Shown here: positions 59,413 through 64,000 of the stretch, piece after piece | How positions within the stretch are numbered: the first letter of the stretch is position 1 | How the letters are laid out: every line of letters begins with the position of its first letter | From: an uncultured Actinomycetes bacterium | Lineage (GTDB): Bacteria > Actinomycetota > Thermoleophilia > RBG-16-64-13 | Assembly: GCA_963814365.1 (NCBI GenBank) | Contig: CAWFCL010000004.1 | Coordinates: forward strand, 1,311,432-1,375,431 | DNA: 64,000 bases | Reading direction: 5' to 3' | Notes under the pieces: model-generated | The model's input: only the letters and a program-made list of their open reading frames with translations | The model's database searches: none | Told to the model about the DNA's origin: nothing | Translations under genes and position numbers: made by a program

Positions 59413-62018
59413 CCGAAGCCACACGTTGTCTGGACTGCGGCCTCTGCAGCGAGTGCATGCAGTGCGTCCAGGCCTGCTCGGCCGGAGCTATCTTGCACGA
59501 GCAACAGGCGGAGATACTGGAGATTGAAGCGGGCAGCGTGATCCTTACGCCCGGCTTCGAGGAGTTCCAGGCCACCCGTAGAGGTGAGTTCGGTCTTGGT
59601 CGCTACGCCAACGTCCTCTCGAGCGTACAATTCGAACGCATGCTCTCCGCCGCCGGCCCCACCGCTGGCGAGGTGATGCGCCCCTCTGACGGCGGCGAAG
59701 TCAAGCGCATCGCTTTCGTGCAGTGCGTGGGCAGCCGCGACTCGGCCAAGGGCAATGGCTACTGCTCGTCCATCTGCTGCATGAGTGCCACCAAGGAAGC
59801 TATGGTGGCCTTGGAACACGCTCACGGACACGACTTAGACGTCTCCATCTTCTGTATGGACGTGCGCGCTTTTGGCAAGGAGTTCGACAACTACGTCGAC
59901 AGAGCCCGTGACGAACACGGGGTCAAGTACATCCGGGCCATCCCTTCGCGCCTGGTCGAGGTACCGGGCAGCAAAGACCTGCGCATCCGCTACTTCGCAG
60001 ACGACGGAGCGCAGACCGAGGCCGACTTCGACTTGGTGATCCTGAGTGTGGGCATGCAGGTGCCCGATAGTGTCCGCAAGACCGCGGCGAATCTGGGTAT
60101 GGACTTGAACGAGTTCGGCTTCGCTCAGACCGACCGCTTGACCCCCATGGCCACCTCCAAGCCGGGTCTGTATGTGGCCGGTGCCTTCCAGGAGCCCAAA
60201 GATATCCCCGAGTCGGTGGCTCAGGCTTCCGCGGCGGCCGGCTGCGTCATGGACCAGTTGGCTCCGGCGCGCGGCAATCTCATCAAACAACACGAGTACC
60301 CGTGGGAGCGCGACACCACAGACGAAGAGCCGCGTGTAGGCGTCTTCGTGTGTCACTGCGGCCACAACATCGCTTCGGTCATAGATGTGGAGCACGTCGC
60401 CGAAGAAGCGGCCACTATGTCCAACGTGTGCCACGCCGAGACCAGCATCTACACCTGCTCGGACACGAATCAGCAACACATCCTAGATATGATCAAGGAG
60501 CACCGCCTCAATCGCTTGGTGGTCGCCAGTTGCTCGCCGCGCACACACGAGGCTCTCTTCCAAGAGACCCTGCGCGAGAGCGGCCTGAACCAGTACCTGT
60601 TCGCGATGGCCAACATCCGCGACCAGGGCTCCTGGGTGCACAAGGACGACCCACAGAAGGCGACCGAGAAGGCTGTGGACCTCATGTCCATGGCGGTCGC
60701 CCGCGCGCGGCACCTTAAGGCCCTGCAGACCGGACGTCTGCCGGTGGTCTCGTCAGCCCTGATACTTGGCGGTGGCTTGGCCGGCATGACCGCCGCGCTG
60801 GGCCTGGCCGAGCAGGGCTTCCAGGTCCACTTGGTCGAGAAAAGCGCTGAGCTCGGCGGCCTGCTCCGCAGTGTGCGCACCACTCTAGAAGGCGCCGATG
60901 TGCAGGCATATCTGCGCGATCTGGTGGCCAAAGTGAAGGCCCAGCCCGCCATCAAGGTCTACCTCAACACCACCGCCAAGACCCTTGAAGGTCACGTGGG
61001 CGACTTCCACAGCGTCCTAGGCGTGGCCGGCGAAGAAGTACCGGTAAGACACGGCGTGATCATCCTTGCGACCGGTGGCCAGGAGCGCTCCACCGAACTC
61101 TACTTGCACGGTCGGAATCCGCACGTCATCACTCAGAGCAAGCTCGAAGCGGCGCTGGCCGGCGACAACCTGCCCGAGGAGCTGCGGGGCAAAGAGAGCC
61201 CGACCGTGGTCATGATCCAGTGCGTCGAGAGCCGCAACGCCGAGCACGGTTACTGCAGCCGCGTGTGTTGCTCCGAGGCCATCAAGAACGCTCTGGAGAT
61301 CAAGCGCCGGCTGCCTGATGCCAATGTAGCCATCCTGGGCCGGGATATCCGCACCTACGGATTCCGTGAGCTCGCCTACCGACAGGCCCGCGAGAAAGGC
61401 GTCATGTTCGTCCGCCACGGCGACGGCGCTGAGCCCACCGTCACCGACCAGAACGGCGCACTGCGCGTGCAGGTGCACGACACCACCGGCGGCCAAGACC
61501 TGCTACTGAGTCCGGACCTGTTGGTGCTCAGCGCCGGCATCGCGCCCGCCGAGACCAACCCGGTACTCTCCGGGCAGTTGCGCAGCGCCCTCACCGCCGA
61601 TGGATTCTTCTTAGAGGCACATCCCAAGCTCCGCCCAGTCGACTTAGCCAATGAGGGCGAGTTCGTCATCGGACTCTCTCACTCGCCGCGGTTCATGGAC
61701 GAGACCATCGCCCATGCAATGGCCGCCGTAGGCCGGGCCGCCACCATCCTCTCCAAGCAGTATCTGGAGATTCCCGGTCAGGTCTCGGTGGTCGACCCCA
61801 CCCACTGCGTAGCCTGTGCCACCTGTGTGAAGGTCTGCCCCTACGGCGCACCGCACATCAACGAGGTGGGTAAGGCCCAGATCGAAGGTGCCATGTGCAT
61901 GGGTTGCGGTAGCTGTGTGGCCTCGTGTCCGGCGCGAGCCATCACCCTGCGCAACCAAGAAGACCAGGCGCTCGTCGCCATGCTGGATGAACTCCTAGTG
62001 GAAGGGGTGTCACTGTGA
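59388..62018 (+). CDS. hdrA: HdrA (remainder of the first unit plus a second complete HdrA unit)
   Basis: RCLDCGLC ... CVGSRD ... YCSSICC ... GVFAAGAFQEPKDI (end of unit 1). Then FVCHCGHNI ... CSPRTHE ... ANIRDQGSWVH (HdrA N-domain), ALILGGGLAGMTAALGLAE (FAD), YCSRVCC, CVACATCVKVCP ... CMGCGSCVASCP. Confidence 0.8.
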   Translation: MFTEEQAVAEATRCLDCGLCSECMQCVQACSAGAILHEQQAEILEIEAGSVILTPGFEEFQATRRGEFGLGRYANVLSSVQFERMLSAAGPTAGEVMRPSDGGEVKRIAFVQCVGSRDSAKGNGYCSSICCMSATKEAMVALEHAHGHDLDVSIFCMDVRAFGKEFDNYVDRARDEHGVKYIRAIPSRLVEVPGSKDLRIRYFADDGAQTEADFDLVILSVGMQVPDSVRKTAANLGMDLNEFGFAQTDRLTPMATSKPGLYVAGAFQEPKDIPESVAQASAAAGCVMDQLAPARGNLIKQHEYPWERDTTDEEPRVGVFVCHCGHNIASVIDVEHVAEEAATMSNVCHAETSIYTCSDTNQQHILDMIKEHRLNRLVVASCSPRTHEALFQETLRESGLNQYLFAMANIRDQGSWVHKDDPQKATEKAVDLMSMAVARARHLKALQTGRLPVVSSALILGGGLAGMTAALGLAEQGFQVHLVEKSAELGGLLRSVRTTLEGADVQAYLRDLVAKVKAQPAIKVYLNTTAKTLEGHVGDFHSVLGVAGEEVPVRHGVIILATGGQERSTELYLHGRNPHVITQSKLEAALAGDNLPEELRGKESPTVVMIQCVESRNAEHGYCSRVCCSEAIKNALEIKRRLPDANVAILGRDIRTYGFRELAYRQAREKGVMFVRHGDGAEPTVTDQNGALRVQVHDTTGGQDLLLSPDLLVLSAGIAPAETNPVLSGQLRSALTADGFFLEAHPKLRPVDLANEGEFVIGLSHSPRFMDETIAHAMAAVGRAATILSKQYLEIPGQVSVVDPTHCVACATCVKVCPYGAPHINEVGKAQIEGAMCMGCGSCVASCPARAITLRNQEDQALVAMLDELLVEGVSL

Positions 62019-62545
62019 CGTCGCAGCCGACCCCAGCCCAGGCCGACGCGCCCACCAACGTGCCGCCCTCCGTGGCGCCCGATTGGGAGCCGGAGATGAT
62101 TGCCTTCGCCTGCAACTACTGCGCTTACGCCGCCGCCGACTTGGCCGGTTCCCGTCGCATGCAGTACCCGACCAACGTGCGCATCATCCACGTGCCCTGC
62201 ACCGGCAAGATAGAGATGGAGCACATCCTGGACGCCTTCCTCAAGGGCATAGACGGCATCCTGGTGGCCGGCTGCTTGGAAGGAGGCTGCCACTTCTTGG
62301 AGGGCAATCTACGGGCCCGCAAGCGCACCGACCATATCCGCGAGATGTTGGGCGAGATAGGCGTGGGTCAGGATCGCCTAAGGATGGTCAACCTATCCGC
62401 GGCGGAGGCTCCCACCTTTGTCAGGAGCGTGAAAGAGATGGTCGATACAGTCAAAGCTCTGGGCCCCAGCCCGCTGAAGGGCAGTGCATCGCCGACGGAG
62501 CGCAGTCTGCAGCCCCAGCCATCGGAAAGTGAAGGACAGCAATGA
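62015..62545 (+). CDS. mvhD: MvhD/FlpD-like subunit (copy 2)
   Basis: IAFACNYCAYAAAD ... IIHVPCTGKIEMEHILDAFLKGIDGILVAGCLEGGCHFLEGN. Confidence 0.7.
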   Translation: MTSQPTPAQADAPTNVPPSVAPDWEPEMIAFACNYCAYAAADLAGSRRMQYPTNVRIIHVPCTGKIEMEHILDAFLKGIDGILVAGCLEGGCHFLEGNLRARKRTDHIREMLGEIGVGQDRLRMVNLSAAEAPTFVRSVKEMVDTVKALGPSPLKGSASPTERSLQPQPSESEGQQ

Positions 62546-63210
62546 TAGTCGCCTCCCCCAAGACCGTCACCGAACTCAAGGACCTCATCACGAGCCACAA
62601 GAAAGTCCTCTTCGTGGGCTGCGGCACGTGCGTCACTGTGTGTCTGGCCGGTGGCGAGCGCGAGGTGGGTCTGGCCGGCTATGCCGTCCGCATGGCGCGC
62701 AAGCTGGCGAACCAGCCCGTCGAGATATCCCAGATCACCATAGAGCGCCAATGCGAGAACGAGTTCATCCAAGACTTGGCGGAACCCGCTGTGGAGGTCG
62801 AGGCTATCCTCTCCTTTGGATGTGGAGTGGGTGTGCAGGCCATCGCCGAGAGATTCCCTAACAAGCCGGTCTACGCCGCCCTCAACACTCAGTTTATGGG
62901 TACTCTGGAGGAGCAGGCCGTCTGGACCGAGAAGTGCATGGGCTGTGGCGACTGTGTGCTCGCTGACTTCGGCGGCATCTGCCCGGTCACCCGTTGCGCC
63001 AAGCGCTTGTTGAACGGCCCTTGCGGCGGTTCCACCGAAGACCACTGCGAAGTAGACCCCGACAGGCCCTGCGCGTGGCAACTAATCTATAAGAGGCTCC
63101 GGGGCATAGGTCAGCTAGCCCGCCTTGAAGAAGAGGTGCCACCCAAGGACTGGAGCCCTTCGTGGCACTCCGGAGCCCGCAAGATCGTGCGCAAGGAGCA
63201 CAGGGTCTAG
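62542..63210 (+). CDS. metV: MetV-like Fe-S/zinc-ribbon protein (MTHFR_C family)
   Basis: FVGCGTCVTVC ... CMGCGDCVLADFGGICPVTRCAKRLLNGPCGGS. Confidence 0.6.
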   Translation: MIVASPKTVTELKDLITSHKKVLFVGCGTCVTVCLAGGEREVGLAGYAVRMARKLANQPVEISQITIERQCENEFIQDLAEPAVEVEAILSFGCGVGVQAIAERFPNKPVYAALNTQFMGTLEEQAVWTEKCMGCGDCVLADFGGICPVTRCAKRLLNGPCGGSTEDHCEVDPDRPCAWQLIYKRLRGIGQLARLEEEVPPKDWSPSWHSGARKIVRKEHRV

Positions 63211-63268
63211 TCCTCACACTAGAACGAGATGCAGCCTGCCGGCACCGGTGCTCCCCCAGAGAAGCCCG

Positions 63269-63889
63269 CTACCGGCGCTCGTCTGGAGCGTCCGGCCTAA
63301 GGAGTCTTGCCAACAGTGCGACCCCCTTGTCCACAGCCGCGCTCGTCGGCATACCTGGCTTGTGCAGATCTTGAGCCAAGATGAGGGGCTCCACCTCCAC
63401 GATGATGCGAGTGAACAACGAAGGCCACCAACGCTTCAGAGGTAGTGCCTTGCTTGCGCCCAGAACCCGCATGGGCAAGATGGGCGCTCCCCCTTTGATA
63501 GCCATGAACACGGCCCCGCCCGAAATACCGTCCCGAGCGATCCCCCCTTGGGGGAACAGTGCGACCGTGCCACCCTTCTGCAGTATCCGCACCGACTCAC
63601 GGAGAGCTGTGACCTCCTTGCCCTCGCCATAGGCAGGGATGGTGCCCACCCGGCGCGCGAAGCTACCCGCGATGGGCTTGTCATATATCCACGGAGCGGC
63701 CAAGAAGCTGGCGGGCGGTCGCTTCATGAGCGCTACACCCACCGCGAAGGGGTCCAAGAAGCTCTCGTGATTCGCCACCGCCACCAGTGGTCCGTCCAAC
63801 GGGATGTTCTCCCTGCCGGTGACGCGGAAACGGAAGAAGGCCTTGAGTAACAGCCACGCAAGTCTGCGCATAGTCTTGTAGAAGAGCAT
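63269..63889 (-). CDS. plsC: 1-acyl-sn-glycerol-3-phosphate acyltransferase (PlsC family)
   Basis: VANHESFLDPF (HX4D) and a PQGG-like block. ATG at 63889. Confidence 0.75.
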   Translation of the reverse strand: MLFYKTMRRLAWLLLKAFFRFRVTGRENIPLDGPLVAVANHESFLDPFAVGVALMKRPPASFLAAPWIYDKPIAGSFARRVGTIPAYGEGKEVTALRESVRILQKGGTVALFPQGGIARDGISGGAVFMAIKGGAPILPMRVLGASKALPLKRWWPSLFTRIIVEVEPLILAQDLHKPGMPTSAAVDKGVALLARLLRPDAPDERR

Positions 63890-64000
63890 CGATCCCCGAT
63901 CCCTGGTGGTCACGCCCGCGGAGCCCACAGCACCATACGTGGCTTGGTCATCTGCTTCACCAGGTCCTCGACCCGGCCATACTTCATACAAGCTGACAAG

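Noticed and set aside
1-64000. tRNA/rRNA genes
   Set aside because: No T-loop (GGTTCGAATCC-like) or acceptor-stem patterns were spotted. All substantial non-ORF stretches are short leaders, repeats or pseudogene debris. A tRNAscan-SE/Infernal run is still advisable.

Overview
This is a high-GC (about 65-70%) bacterial chromosomal window, probably from an anaerobic Chloroflexota- or Actinobacteria-like organism. It divides into four blocks.

1. Positions 1-5.8 kb: a secreted MBL-fold hydrolase and an SOS-type error-prone DNA polymerase DnaE2. Two Cheo-type LexA boxes sit just upstream of dnaE2, and the protein carries large low-complexity insertions.

2. Positions 5.7-16.9 kb: an accessory defence island.
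- A fused PD-(D/E)xK (HsdR-N-like) nuclease/P-loop NTPase gene.
- A PUA-like-HNH_2 endonuclease gene.
- A Dcm-Vsr-candidate-REase module; the dcm gene is frameshifted while vsr is intact.
- A cassette-like string of small toxin-antitoxin and defence genes: MazG-like, HicB, DUF3800, VapBC, HigA/HigB, YefM/RelE. Many are frameshifted or deleted. The modules are separated by at least six same-orientation copies of an ~85-bp intergenic repeat.

3. Positions 18.3-47.9 kb: mostly metabolic and housekeeping genes, several of them decayed.
- An ~8.8-kb NdvB-like cyclic beta-1,2-glucan synthase gene with well over ten frameshifts.
- Aldo-keto reductase, three MFS transporters (one frameshifted), and an ABC-F Uup with three frameshifts.
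- A Cas4-like nuclease, a B12-radical SAM protein, and a DUF362 Fe-S protein.
- Three tandem paralogous lipoproteins, a DUF2807 protein, a frameshifted PQQ beta-propeller protein, and a decayed galM.

4. Positions 48.8-63.2 kb: a co-directional 14-kb redox cluster that I regard as the most interesting feature. Its order is MvhD-like, MetF (+1/-1 frameshifts), two GltB FMN-domain-like genes, GltB amidotransferase+GXGXG, HdrC, HdrB (frameshift in a C-run), a giant HdrA/GltD-fusion (HdrL-like) followed by a second complete HdrA, a second MvhD, and MetV. This looks like a putative flavin-based electron-bifurcating Hdr/Mvh/MetFV complex married to a split glutamate-synthase-like module.

I recognised no rRNA, tRNA or CRISPR array. 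The density of frameshifted genes is a window-wide anomaly. It is either real pseudogenisation or indel error in the consensus, and only read-level data can tell which.
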